Source: Octopus vulgaris
Lineage: Eukaryota
Reading direction: 5' to 3'
Length of the DNA: 64,000 nucleotides
Assembly (NCBI GenBank): GCA_951406725.2
Contig: OX597826.1
Location: forward strand, 496,001-560,000
Shown here: piece by piece, positions 38,966 through 52,039 of the stretch
How positions within the stretch are numbered: position 1 is the first letter of the stretch
How the letters are laid out: each line of letters begins with the position of its first letter
The notes under the pieces: model-generated
What the model saw: the letters and a program-made list of their open reading frames with translations, nothing else
The model's database searches: none
What the model was told of the DNA's origin: nothing
Position numbers and translations under genes: made by a program

Positions 38966-39184
38966 TTTTCAATATGTACGTGAATGTAATTTTAAAAAGT
39001 CAATATTTCAAACGAAAATTTTACCCCTAATGGGGTAAAATTTTGCCTAGCCAACTAGCTCCGCAAGAAGTTAGTCGGCTTGGCCACACAAATATCCAAA
39101 CATTTACACTTTTAAACAAATTTCCAACAGAAATGGTACAAAACTTACGCAGCTTCTGGAGACACGTCCGTCCTCTCGAGAAGA

Positions 39185-39237
<53 letters not shown>

Positions 39238-39254
39238 TAATAATAATAATAATA

Positions 39255-40084
39255 AACTAAACGCAAAAGAAATAGACAAAGAAAAATCCCAGCAATGGTT
39301 GAGAAGCTCAGGACTCAAAGCAGAGACAGAGGGATTTTTAATTGCAGCACAAGACCAAAGCCTCCCCACCAGAAATTACCAAAAACATGTAATGAAAAGA
39401 AATATTACAAGTAACTGCAGAATATGTGGAGATGGACAAGAAACAATAAATCATATTATCTCTAGCTGCCCAGTCCTGGCTAAGAAGGAATATATTCACA
39501 GACATGACAGAGTTGGAACTTACATACATTGGAAGCTATGCCAACATTATGGAATAACAACAGAAAAAAGATGGTATAGGCACACACCAGAAAAGGTCAC
39601 AGAAAACGAGAAAGCAACCATACTCTGGGATATGCCGATACACACAGATAGAGAAATTAAGGCCAACAGACCAGATATAGTTGTCAGAGACCATGAAGAA
39701 AAAAATGCTTTCTAATTGATGTATCAGTACCGGCAGATGACAACGTTTCTCTAAAAGAAATGGAGAAACTCTCAAAATACAAAGACCTGGAAATAGAGGT
39801 AACTAGAATGTGGAATCTGAAAACAGAAACAATTCCTATCATAGTAGGTGCATTAGGCATGATAAAAAAATATTCAGACAAATACATAACAAAAACACCA
39901 GGACTTACAAACACATATAACATACAGAAAATTGCACTACTAGGCACTGCACACATCCTACGCAGAACACTTTCCATACAATAACCATCAGAGCATCACA
40001 ACAAATCACAGCACATACCCAAGGCACACAGAGCTGCGCTCGGTAGTGAAGTGAAAGCACGCTATAAAAATAAAAATAAAACTA

Positions 40085-40088
<4 letters not shown>
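39255..40088 (+). mobile_element. Dong/R4-clade LINE 3' fragment (CCHC plus restriction-like endonuclease)
   Basis: AAQDQ, CRICGDGQETINHIISSC, RHD, NRPDIVV, EKLSKY; frameshift at an A-run near 39705; (TAA)n on both sides. Confidence 0.92.
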
Positions 40089-40168
<80 letters not shown>

Positions 40169-40209
40169 TAATAATAATAATAATAATAGTAATAATAATA
40201 ATAATAATG

Positions 40210-40258
<49 letters not shown>

Positions 40259-40779
40259 TAATAATAATAATAAAGCAGTGTAGTCTTACGTCATACAAAC
40301 TGGGACAAGAACGTAAAACATTTAGAAGACGAAACAAAAAACGGATGGAACATTCGAAGCCTTCAATCTTCAGTCAAGAACCGGATCATCCTAGCAATTT
40401 CGGCTGGAGCAAATATCTGGCAAGCTTAGGACATGAACGGGAGTAGCCCCGGATTTATGGATGTCCGGCTTTCTGCAGACAATCTAAATACATACTTTAA
40501 ACATAAAATATAATATGACAACCAAAGAACTAAATTGTATCCAACAAATTCAAATAAATACTTGTAAAGCAGAGTTTGTTTGGTATTTATGAGTCCACAT
40601 AAAATATATCATACTGTACCATGTATGTGGCCGTGTTGTAAGAAGCTTGCTTCCGAACCCCATGGCTTTGGGCCCTCTCCCACTGCGTGGTACCATAGGG
40701 CAAGTAAGTGTCTTCTACTATAGCCTCGGATCGAACAAAGCCTTGTAAGACGGAAACTGAAGAGATGCCCGTTGTATAT

Positions 40780-41362
40780 ACGTAGCAGCAGACAAAATAC
40801 CGCTAAGCATTTCGCTCGGCGTGCAAACGATTTTTATTTCTTTACTGCCCACAAGGGGCTACACACAGAGAGACAAACAAGGACAGACAAACGGATTAAG
40901 TTGATTATATCGATCCCAGTCCGTAATTGGTACTTATTTAATCGACTCCGAAAGGATGAAAGGCAAAGGCGACCTCGGCGGAATTTGAACTCAGAACGTG
41001 ACGGCAGACGAAATACTGTTAAGCATTTCGTCCGGCGTGCTAACGATTCTGCCAGCTCGCCACCTTAAAAGCATTAAGTCGATTACACTGACCCCAGTGC
41101 GTAACTGGTACTTATTTTATCGACCCTGAAAGGATGAAAGGCAAAGTTGACCTCGGCAGAATGTGAACTCAGAACGTAACGGCGAGCTAGCGTTTCTTAT
41201 TTCTTTAGTGCCCACAAGGGGCTAAAAATAGAGGGGACAAACAAAGATAGACAAAGGGATTAGGTTGATTACATCGACCCCAGTGTGTAACTGGTACTTA
41301 TTTAATCGACCCCGCAAAGCATTTCGCCCGGCGTACAAACGATTCTGCCACCTTACCGCCTT
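40780..41362 (-). mobile_element. SINE family A cluster
   Basis: About three nested or tandem units. Confidence 0.8.
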
Positions 41363-41744
41363 ACGTAAATATACGTAAATATCGCCAACGACTGACCTCT
41401 GCTACTACTAAAACAACATTAGAGCATCAGTTAGAAATGATGTACACAACATTGAAGTTTTCAAGGTCACGTCATCTATCAGAGTTGCCAACGACTGTTT
41501 GATAAACTTTACGTTGGCTGCTCTTTTACGTTTACTTATGTAGGTCAGAATTGGTTTTTAGCAACCTTATTTTTTTTTTGTTGGTTTTTAGCAAACTAAA
41601 TCAGATAATCACTGTCATCTGATTCTCTGATACCATAAAACAGAAAAAAATAGGTTTTATTACAGAAAAAATAGACATGATGGAGAAAAACGAGTAGCTC
41701 TGAAATCAGCGGAAGAATTGTTCTAAAATATGTAGATATTTGTT

Positions 41745-42048
41745 TTGTTGTTTGTTCCTTCTCGAGCCACGCCTGGCTCATAGGGGCCGGTTTCCCGGTT
41801 TCATTGGCGTATAAGTTCCCCACCTGGATGGGACACCGGTCCGTTGCAAGTAAGCTGCAAGATGCTGGAGGAAAGAGTGAGAGAAAGTTGTGGCGAAAGA
41901 GTCAGCAGAAGTTCGCCATTACCTTCTACCGGAACCGCGTGGAGCTTAGGTGTTTCGCTCATAAACACACATATCGCCCGGACAGAGATTCGAAACCGCG
42001 ATCCCTCGACCGCGAGTCTGCTGCTCCAACCACTAGGCCATGTGCCTT
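41745..42048 (-). mobile_element. tRNA-derived SINE (family C-related tail)
   Basis: - strand TGGCCTAGTGG A-box and GGTTTCGAATC B-box; GAAACCGGGAAACCGGCCC tail shared with 20259-20510. Confidence 0.75.
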
Positions 42049-42121
42049 CACATATATTTAAACATAGAAAATCATGCAGACTTGTGTTATGTACACACAC
42101 ACACATATATATATATATATA

Positions 42122-42202
<81 letters not shown>

Positions 42203-42579
42203 TCTGTGTTTGTGTGTGTGTGTGTAATTCAAATTTACAGACAATTAAAGATGAAGGCAGCTGTCGGAACAACAATTAGGTGTATTAGTTTAATGCTCGG
42301 GAAGAATGGAAAAATCATTTACGTTTCAAGCATACCTTCTTCGACTGAAAAAATTAAAGGTGGGGGGAGAAGGGAAAAAACGGAGAGAAGAAAAAACATA
42401 TTTTTAGGGATTAACGGTTCAACATGACGAAATATCTAGAAGAAAACTGAATGAAGGGGTGACCCGGCGGAACGGATTAATTCTCGCGCGCACGTGTAAA
42501 TGTAAGAATGGGAATGAGTGTGTGAGCGAGTTGGAAAATGTGTGGACCTGTGCGGAGTGATGTGCCTTCTGTGTGTGTG

Positions 42580-42903
42580 TGAAGGCGCGTGGTTTAGTGG
42601 TGAGGGCATTCCGCTCACGATTGTAAGGCCGTGAGTTCAATTCCCGGCGATGCGTTGTGTCTTTGAGCAAGACACTTTATTTCACGTTGCCCCAATCTAC
42701 TCAGCTGGCAAAAATGAGCAGTACTTGTATTTAAAAGGGCCAGCCTTGTCTCATACTGTGTCACGCTGAATCTTCCTGAGAACTACGTTAAGAGTTCACG
42801 CGTCTGTGGAGTGTTCAGTTCCTTGCACATTAATTTCACGAACCAGATGTTCCGTTGCTCGTATCTGCTGGGAACCCTCGTCGTGATATCCGACGGAGTG
42901 CTA
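42580..42903 (+). mobile_element. SINE family C
   Basis: GGCGCGTGGTTTAGTGG head, GAGTTCAATTCC, shared family C core. Confidence 0.8.
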
Positions 42904-43075
42904 AGCCTCATATTGTCGTGAATTGCTCGAAATGTGGAGTAGATAAACTACCAACAACTGATGAAGGGTCGTTCTTTATGTTGTTTGTTTTGTTTTCCAT
43001 TTGCTTGTCTCTTTGTTCGCATACCCAGGTTTGCCTTCGTATTTCATGTCGTTTACGTTTTGTGACGTCCTGAAC

Positions 43076-43165
<90 letters not shown>

Positions 43166-43167
<2 letters not shown>

Positions 43168-43580
43168 CGCAGGAGTGGCTATGTGGTAAGTAGCTTGTTT
43201 ACCAACCGCATTGTTCCGGGTTCAGTCCCACTGCGTGGCACCTTGGGCAAGTGTCTTCTACTATAGCCTCGGGCCGACCAAAGCCTTGTGAGTGTATTTG
43301 GTAGACGGAAACTGAAAGAAGCCTGTCGTATATATGTATATATATGTATATGTATGTGTGTGTTTGTGTGTCTCTGTTTGTCCCCCTAGCATTGCTTGAC
43401 AACCGATGCTGGTGTGTTTACGTCTCCGTTACTTAGCGGTTCGGCAAAAGAGACCGATAGAATAAGTACTGGGCTTACAAAGAATAAGTCCCGGGGTCGA
43501 TTTGCTCGACTAAAGGCGGTGCTCCAGCATGGCCGCAGTCAAATGACTGAAACAAGTAAAAGAGTAAAGAGTAAAGAGTA
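43166..43580 (+). mobile_element. SINE family B, full length
   Basis: Complete head to the (GTAAAAGA/GTAAAGA) tail. Confidence 0.9.
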
Positions 43581-43797
43581 TATATATATATATATACATA
43601 TATATACACACACACATATATATATATACATATATATATCATATATATATACATATATATATCTTCTCTCAGAGAAGAAAGAGATGGACGCTTCAATTCT
43701 ATGCTGCTGCCGCATTATGTCGTACGTGAATGAGAGGATTTGCATCCCCAACCAAGAATTTTTGATGTAACACATGTCCTTGTGGAAGCTGTTGTGC

Positions 43798-43875
43798 GCG
43801 GCTGAAGAAGGCCACAGACATACATTATGCTTTGTTATAAATCTGTCTAATAAAGGCCCGAAACATATGTACCGC
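43798..43875 (+). ncRNA. Type I hammerhead ribozyme in a ~330-bp element (43662-43990) within (TA)n
   Basis: gcgg-CTGAAGA-a-ggcc...ggcc-c-GAAA-catatg-TA-ccgc; palindromic stem III ACATATGT. Confidence 0.8.
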
Positions 43876-43982
43876 TGAATCCTTCGCATCATGTTTTTAT
43901 TTTATTTTGATCAATTTACTCCACCACCTACACCACCAAACGGTATACACAGGTGCTTATAATTATCAAGTACTCACCCCGA

Positions 43983-44015
<33 letters not shown>

Positions 44016-44039
44016 GGCGCAGGAGTGGCTGTGTGGTAA

Positions 44040-46265
44040 ACACAAACCAAACTTCAACAAAAAAGAATGGGCTGAGTTGAACAAATTAAAACAAGACACA
44101 ACAATAACAATCAAAGAGGCCGATAAAGGGAGTGCAGTTGTCTTAATGGACACGACATTTTACATAACTTTGGTACTATCTATGCTGGAAGACACAACAT
44201 ACTATGAAAAGGCACAAAACTACAGTCAACAAAAAATAATGAGGGAACTAAAATCCATGTTAAACCCATACAAAGAAGGGCTCACCGACAAAGAATATGA
44301 CTATATGACCAATTTCACAAATAAAACCAGCGAATTCTACGGTATACCTAAGATACACAAAAGTGAGAAAATAAGTAACGCATGCAAGATAGCTACAGAC
44401 AAAATAATTAAAGTCCCTAATCCTAATGACCTCAAATTGAGACCCATAATAGCAGGTCCCGCATGCAAAACCCACCGCCTCAGTAACTTTTTAGACACCC
44501 TGTTAAAACCACTCCTCAAACATGTCAAAAGCTATATTAGGGACGACTTGGATATGCTCAATCACCTACCGAATACTATAAACAAAAACACCCTACTGGT
44601 ATCCTTCGATGTAGTCAACCTCTACTCCAATATCCCCCACAACCTAGGACTAGAGGCAATTCAATTCTGGCTAGAGAATCACGCCAACGAACTCCCACAT
44701 CGCATCAAAAAAGAATTCGTGATAGAAGGGGTTAAATTCATCCTGGAAAATAACTTCTTCGCATGCAAACACCAGAGACACACGACTACAAGAACTAAAA
44801 GATACCCTCATCACCAGGAACTACCCACCTTCACTTATTGACATCTGCATTCAACTTAACATCCAGGAACTGAGACATCCCAAATCAAAGAAAAATTTAC
44901 GACCAAAAGCCTTATCATACATCTCACACACAACCCTCTCAACAATGAAGCCTTCGGCACCATCCTCCAAGCCATACACCTCCTAAAAAAAGACCACAGA
45001 ATGAACACAATCCTCCAAACACACACGATCATAAAAAGCAAGAGACAGCCTAAATCTATGAAAAGTCTCCTAACACAAGCCCGAATACACTCTTCAACAC
45101 AGAAGTCGACAGTAAAAAAATGTGGAAGACCCAATTGCGGGATATGCGATTATCTAATTGAGGGATCAGAGTTCTCCTTCAAACAAGGACAACGGTTTAC
45201 AGTGAAAAGCAACTTCACATGTGCTTCGGAGAACCTGATATACACACTAACCTGCTCTGGGTGTCAAGAGCAGTACATAGGCCAAAAAAAAAAAATAGTT
45301 TGCGTAAAAGAATGGCCCTGCACATATCCCAGATAAAAATTCCCCAAAACAGAAAAATAGCTTTCAACCAACACATAGATACTTACGCCAACAACAAAAC
45401 ACCAGGCTTCAGGATTTTCCCCCTCTACTAATTCAGGGACGACACAACCTCGAGACAACGAATAAGTAAAGAAAATCTATTTATTATAAAATACAGGCCA
45501 CTTCTTAACGGGTCTACGACAAACGATTTATACACCTCAGCTTTAGAATAACACAAATACACACGCAAATATTACATTCCAAAGAATCCATTACAAATCA
45601 GCCCCAATCACAGCTATAACCCATAACGTGCCAACTTCAAGTCATACAACACCTCACTACTTCCACTCATTCATATTCTCCCTTCTCTTTCTTCTTCTTC
45701 CTCTTCTTCTTCATCATCATCATTATCATCATCGTCGTCATCATCATCATCACCATCATCATCATCAACATCTTCTTCTTCTTCTTCTTCTTCTTCTTCT
45801 TCTTCTTCTTCTTCTTCTTCTTCTGCTCCACCTTCTACTTCTTAACTGTATCGCTAATGCTTTTTAGCATAACACCTACGCAAATTCCATAAACAAACCT
45901 TTCAATAGAAATATTCTCCTGAATTGAACTGCAACTGACCATTCAAAATACGACAATCAAGGGACTCCCAAATTTTTCCACCCCTTCTCCTCATCATCCT
46001 TCTTCTTCTTCTACCCTACCAAGAATTCACAACGACCTCGAATACACAAGTGCAAACAAGAGAGACAGAGAAAGGCAGAAACAAGGAAAATGCCACTTAT
46101 ATTTGAACACTATACAAATATTCCTTTAAAAAAACTTTTCTTTTAATTTTTCTAAATTTAATTATTTAATCGTTACAGTTGAAAAGGTCTCAAAATGACC
46201 GAAACTGGTACTGAAATGTTCTTTATAAAATTATTTAAGCATTTTCTATCTTTACTTGTTTTTTC

Positions 46266-46267
<2 letters not shown>
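44040..46267 (+). mobile_element. Penelope-like element, internally deleted (RT N-terminal half plus GIY-YIG)
   Basis: IKEADKGSAVV, FYGIPKIHK, LRPII, SFDVVNLYSNIP; RT catalytic half missing after ENNFF; GIY-YIG at 45001-45480; decayed hammerhead at 46173-46216. Confidence 0.92.
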
Positions 46268-46333
<66 letters not shown>

Positions 46334-46475
46334 GACGCTCTTCTTTCAGTTTTCGTCTATCAAATCCACTAACAACGCTCTGATCGAACCGAGGCTATAG
46401 GCATCATGCAATCATGCATTGAAACTGAACCTGGAAGCCTGTGGTTGGAAACAAGGTTTTTACTATACAGCTACG

Positions 46476-46515
<40 letters not shown>

Positions 46516-46666
46516 CGCGCGTGCACGCACACCCACACACACACAGACACGCACATGCACACGCACACATCTTCACACGCTCGGACACATACACACAAAA
46601 TGTTCGGAAAAGATATTGTATATTAACAATGAGTGGACTTGATCCTATATATGTCGGCCTTTTTAC

Positions 46667-46707
46667 TGACATCATATAAGACATGTGACCTAACACACTA
46701 CGTCACA
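46667..46707 (+). promoter_or_regulatory. Conserved block upstream of ORF copy A
   Basis: TGACATCATATAAGACATGTGACCTAACACACTACGTCACA aligns with 56778-56819 upstream of copy B. Confidence 0.5.
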
Positions 46708-46944
46708 AGCCAACGACTGAGCATTTCATGGCTGCTCGGCCTGCTAGAAAGAGTACCCAAATCGTTTTAAGATCACCCTCTGCTGTTCCTTGTAGAGGAC
46801 ACATTACATAATGAAGTCGTAGGTACCCTTTAATAACAGGTTGATCCTGGCTTTAATCATAGGTCTTCTCAATCAGATTTTTATCTGCGACTAAGCTATA
46901 ATATACATAAAAGATCTTGGGCTATCAGATATCACTATTTGGCA

Positions 46945-47379
46945 ATGGAAAACGATGAGACTATTCGAACTTACTTGATTTCTTTGTATTTGCCTTATCT
47001 TGCAGACAGATCCACGGATCCGAGCGCTAAACGAGTAAATACGGCCAGTCCCAGTTCTGCCCGGAAGCACCCGAAAGCTCTGAAACAAATAAAGACGACT
47101 TTTAAGAGAACGGGCAGAAGACTTCGCAAACACTTTTCTCGTTTAACATTGAGATCATTCAGTGTCCCCACCTTCCGCAGGCAAACGTCAAGCAAACAGC
47201 AAATGGAAACAGACCAAGGAAGTGAGAAATCGTCGACACCATCAAAAGCTTTTTCTGAGGTAGTTAAAGATATTTGTGATTTGAAACTGGAGACATTAGA
47301 GGGAGATAAACGTGTAATTCCGGTGGTACAAGACACCGAAAAAACTTCAAAAGAGTTTTTAAAATTTCAGATGAAGTAG
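46945..47379 (+). CDS. Uncharacterised 144-aa single-exon basic protein (copy A)
   Basis: GCAATGG start; 27/76 ungapped identity with the 56857 ORF, with many synonymous and K/R changes. Confidence 0.65.
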   Translation: MENDETIRTYLISLYLPYLADRSTDPSAKRVNTASPSSARKHPKALKQIKTTFKRTGRRLRKHFSRLTLRSFSVPTFRRQTSSKQQMETDQGSEKSSTPSKAFSEVVKDICDLKLETLEGDKRVIPVVQDTEKTSKEFLKFQMK

Positions 47380-47509
47380 CACAGAACAGATTTGGTGAAA
47401 TATTTCTATGTGATGATACAATTATCACATAACAATTAAGTTTTATAAACTTCTGATAAATGATAATTTGATTTGAATTTAAATGAGTTTTTGCCTTTTA
47501 CGGTATCTT

Positions 47510-47905
47510 CTTTTTCTTTCTTTCTTTTACTTGTTTCAGTCATTTGACTGCGGCCATGCTGGAGCACCGCCTTTAGTCGAGCAAATCGACCCCGGGACTT
47601 ATTCTTTGTAAGCCCAGTACTTATTCTATCGGTCTCTTTTGCCGAACCGCTAAGTGACGGGGACGTAAACACACCAGCATCGGTTGTCAAGCAATGCTAG
47701 GGGGACAAACACAGACACACAAACACACATATATATATATATATACGACAGGCTTCTTTCAGTTTCCGTCTACCAAATCCACTCACAAGGCATTGGTCGG
47801 CCCGGGGCTATAGCAGAAGACAGTTGCCCAAGATGCCACGCAGTGGGACTGAACCCGGAACCATGTGGTTGGTTAGCAAGCTACTTACCACACAGCCACT
47901 CCTGT
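47510..47905 (-). mobile_element. SINE family B, full length
   Basis: Near-identical reverse complement of 43166-43580. Confidence 0.9.
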
Positions 47906-48298
47906 AAATTTTTTCATACGAAAATTGATACAAATTTCCCATTTCGGTATACACAATGATACATTTTAAAGCTGTGTACTTAAGAAGCTCACTTGGCAAC
48001 CACGAGATACCGAGATCAGCCTCTTTGAGCAGCACCTCGGGTAAGTGTCTTTTTCTCTATCTCCTCCGCTCTCCCTTTCTCCCCCTCTCTCCTTCTCTCT
48101 TTCCAATTGTCACATCCCGGATGTGCCGCCAGGTTAAGTTGTGGGTGCCGAAGAGTGTCTATGTCTATTCGTGACTACACAGGCATCTAAAACAATTAAC
48201 GAATGTATGTTACATTTTACATGCCGTACTCACTTGCAAGTGACGGCTGTCTGAGCTGTACTTTATTGCGGTGAGGTACAGACGCTGTTACTATCTCC

Positions 48299-48940
<642 letters not shown>

Positions 48941-48959
48941 AATAATAATAATAATAATA

Positions 48960-49459
48960 AGGCCATACATTATATTGAAAGACTTCAGACAAAGAACATG
49001 CCTCCTCATTGATATGACTGTCCCAATCGATATAAACGTATCTGAAGACCTAAAAAACTGAGCAAATAAAAGATCTTGAAATAGAAATCAGCAAAATGTG
49101 GAACCTGAAGACTAAAACAATACCTGTTGTCATAGGTGCCCTGGGAATGATAGCGAAAGGGGCTGGTTGCTACCTAACTCAGATACCAGGAAACCCCAAA
49201 ATGGCAGAAATTCAAAAGATAGTGCTCATGGGAACTGCTCATATCCTACGCAAAATACTCTCTATGTAATCCCAAGATTTAAAACAAACTTTTTTTTAAT
49301 TTATGTATTAGACATTCACTAGTACAACACCAGAAAAAACCCCAAATATATGGCACACTAGGCATAACAACAACGTGAACTTCCAACCTGTTGTCTCTTG
49401 AGGTCTCTGGGTGAGACTTGGAGCCAACTTGTACAGACATAAAGCAAAAGTCAAACATA

Positions 49460-49460
<1 letters not shown>
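48960..49460 (+). mobile_element. Dong/R4 LINE 3' fragment (different subfamily)
   Basis: DLEIEISKMWNLKTKTIPVVIGALGMI...IQKIVLMGTAHILRKILS; (TAA)n on both sides. Confidence 0.85.
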
Positions 49461-49514
<54 letters not shown>

Positions 49515-49559
49515 GAGTTGGAGGAGGGGGATAATAATAACAATAATAATAACAATAAT

Positions 49560-51870
49560 AATTTCTTTTATTTGCCACACTAGGGTGAAGGATGAGGGGG
49601 ACAATTCAAACACAGACAGAGTGTGGGAGATTGCATATAAGGGGGAAAAAGTATACAAGGTATACAATAAAAGGAGGGAGGTATACATACTATACGGCAC
49701 TAGAAGAAAAAAGTGATAATGATGGGATCCTGCTGATAGAAGAGGATCTCTAGGGAGTATCGAGGAATCCCACCATGCAAGATCATCTTGAATACCAAGG
49801 ACGTGTGCCCTCTCCAACTCCTTTCTTCCGACTCACAGGTCTACACTGAGAGTGGTACCATCCACTCTCTTTACTCTTTTATTCTCTTTTACTTGTTTTA
49901 GTCATTTGACTGTGGCCATGCTGGAGCACCGCCTTTAGTCGGGCAAATCGACCCCATGACTTATTTTTTGTAAGCCTAGTATTTATTCTCTCGGTCTCTT
50001 TTGCCGAACCGCTAAGTTACGGGGACGTAAACACACCAGCATCGGTTGTCAAGCGATGTTGGAGGGGGACAAACAGACATACAAACACACATATATATAC
50101 ACACATACATATACATATATACGACGGGCTTCTTTCAGTTTCCGTCTACCAAATCCACTTGCAAGGATTTGGTCGGCACGAGGCTTTAGCAGAAGACACT
50201 TGCCCAAGGTTCCACGCAGTGGGGCTGAAACCGGAACCATGTGGTTGGTCAGCAAGCTATTTACCACACAGTCACTCCTGCTCCACTCTTGCAATTTTCA
50301 CAAACTTTCACCCACTTTTTCATAAATTCACTCGAGGACAGAACCTCCCTCTCCACCTTCACTTTCCTTTTCAAGTGTAACTTGAAAAAGTCGATGAGGG
50401 CTTTATCAAAGAGAAATGTTTTTGTCCTCATTTCTTTCTGCCTCGTCCATCAGACAACCTCTTTCGCCACAAACCACCAGAAAACCTTGCCTTTCCGATC
50501 AAAAGAAGGCGGCGGAGCAATCATCATTATGGACTCGGCTGACAGACGGATCCGTTCTACACACGACAGCAGCTTTTCGACATAACTCCACATGTCAGTA
50601 ATGCCTGGACACTGAACGAGAGCAAAACGGCTTCGTCGCTCTACGAGCACACCAGACAGGCCCATCTGACGGTACATCTGTGCCTATATAGTTTATCTCG
50701 AACCTGTAACGCTCCCCACGGCAGCACTGCCAGGCCAAGGACATCTGGAAATTATCTATAATAGTCCCCGACCGGAAAGTCCTCCGGCATAGACTTGTCA
50801 GTTCGTCTTCATCGACGCCTAGGGTCTCTTCTATTTCACATATGTAGCCCGACTTGTAGAGGACAGTGAGCGCCTAACGACATTCTAAGTTCCATGCAAT
50901 TAAAAGTCTGTCCTTGGGAGTTTTGAGAATGAAATCCTCAAATTCCTTTCCCTCTGTCTCTGTTTTGTTTTTGTTTTGGCTTATAAAATCCATCAATTCA
51001 CTGTTGCACTTGTTCACAACAGTGAAACTGATGCATACATTTCGTCTACAGTCTCATGAATATTCTTGTTTCTGAAGTTCCGTAATTAGTTGTTTTTGTG
51101 TTTCTGTGATTTCATGCTGTTGTTGATGTTGCTGTTTTTGAGGTTGTTGTTCTTGTCCTTGTTGATTTTGTTGAAGTGTTTGTGAATTGTGTTGCAGTTG
51201 TGGTTTTTGTATATGTTTTTGTTGAGTTCTTGGAGTAGGGCTATGTACTCTTCTCCTCTTCCATCTACCCCCTTTTGTCACTTGGCTTCTTCTTCCGTCC
51301 CAAATCTCAGTTCAATAGTTCCAAACTTCTTCCTTGGGTGATGTGGGTTTTTTGTTCCCACATGCACCCAAGGCATTTTTGTATTTCGCTCTCTGGTCCA
51401 CCCGACGTTATTTAACTCTAATACTGCGGTATGTGACCGTGCACGACGGATGAAGGATTTGGGGCTACCCTCTCCTATTGCTTTTTACAATTTTCCATGC
51501 CATTTTAAAATCTATTTTTATTTGTGCGGAAATGTTCCTAATTTCTCGCTGCTATCGCAAAAGAAATTATTGTAGATGTGGTTGTGGCGAGGGAGGCGAT
51601 GTTCGCGTTTTTATGCTTCATTTCTTTCGTGTTGCTGTTGTTGTTGTTGTCGTCGTCGTCGTCGTCGTCGTCACTGCTGCTGCTGTTGTTGTTGTTATCG
51701 ACACCGAAAATTTTGTCGTTGCTTAGAGACGAAACATTATTTGCCTCGGTGACGTCATTAAGTGTAGGCCATTCTATATCTTTGTTCTCATTTTTTGATG
51801 AGGAACGCATTCCTTTGTCGAATATTGTGATGGCTTCTTCTTTATCAGCCATATTTAACTGAATAATGAA
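49560..51870 (-). mobile_element. Second, heavily deleted Tx1-like LINE (split by SINE B at 49865-50285)
   Basis: WSYVEKLLSCVERIRLSAESI..IAPPPSF..KG..VAKEVV is homologous to 33583-34092; ORF1-like remnant SFAIAARN; 3' end abuts (TAA)n. Confidence 0.75.
49865..50285 (-). mobile_element. SINE family B, full length
   Basis: Same head and tail as the other family B copies. Confidence 0.9.
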
Positions 51871-51917
51871 AAAGGAGTAAAGGAGGCTATATATTAGCCC
51901 CTTGTGGTAGTAAAGAA

Positions 51918-51953
<36 letters not shown>

Positions 51954-52039
51954 ATGTGTGTGTGTGTGTGTGTATCTGTGTATATGAGTATTTGAAAGAT
52001 TGATTAGGGATCTTTAGTAATGAAATTAGAATAGGCCAT

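Larger units (their letters stand above)
33313..39184 (-). mobile_element. Near full-length Tx1/L1-clade LINE
   Basis: ORF1 with CCHC knuckle, ORF2 with APE, RT and C-terminal zinc motif; AATAAA 3' end; (TAA)n on both sides. Confidence 0.92.

Noticed and set aside
46980-47006. Splice acceptor TTGCAG making ORF A a terminal exon
   Set aside because: The AG is not conserved at the aligned position in copy B, while the upstream LYLP codons and ATG context are; not fully excluded
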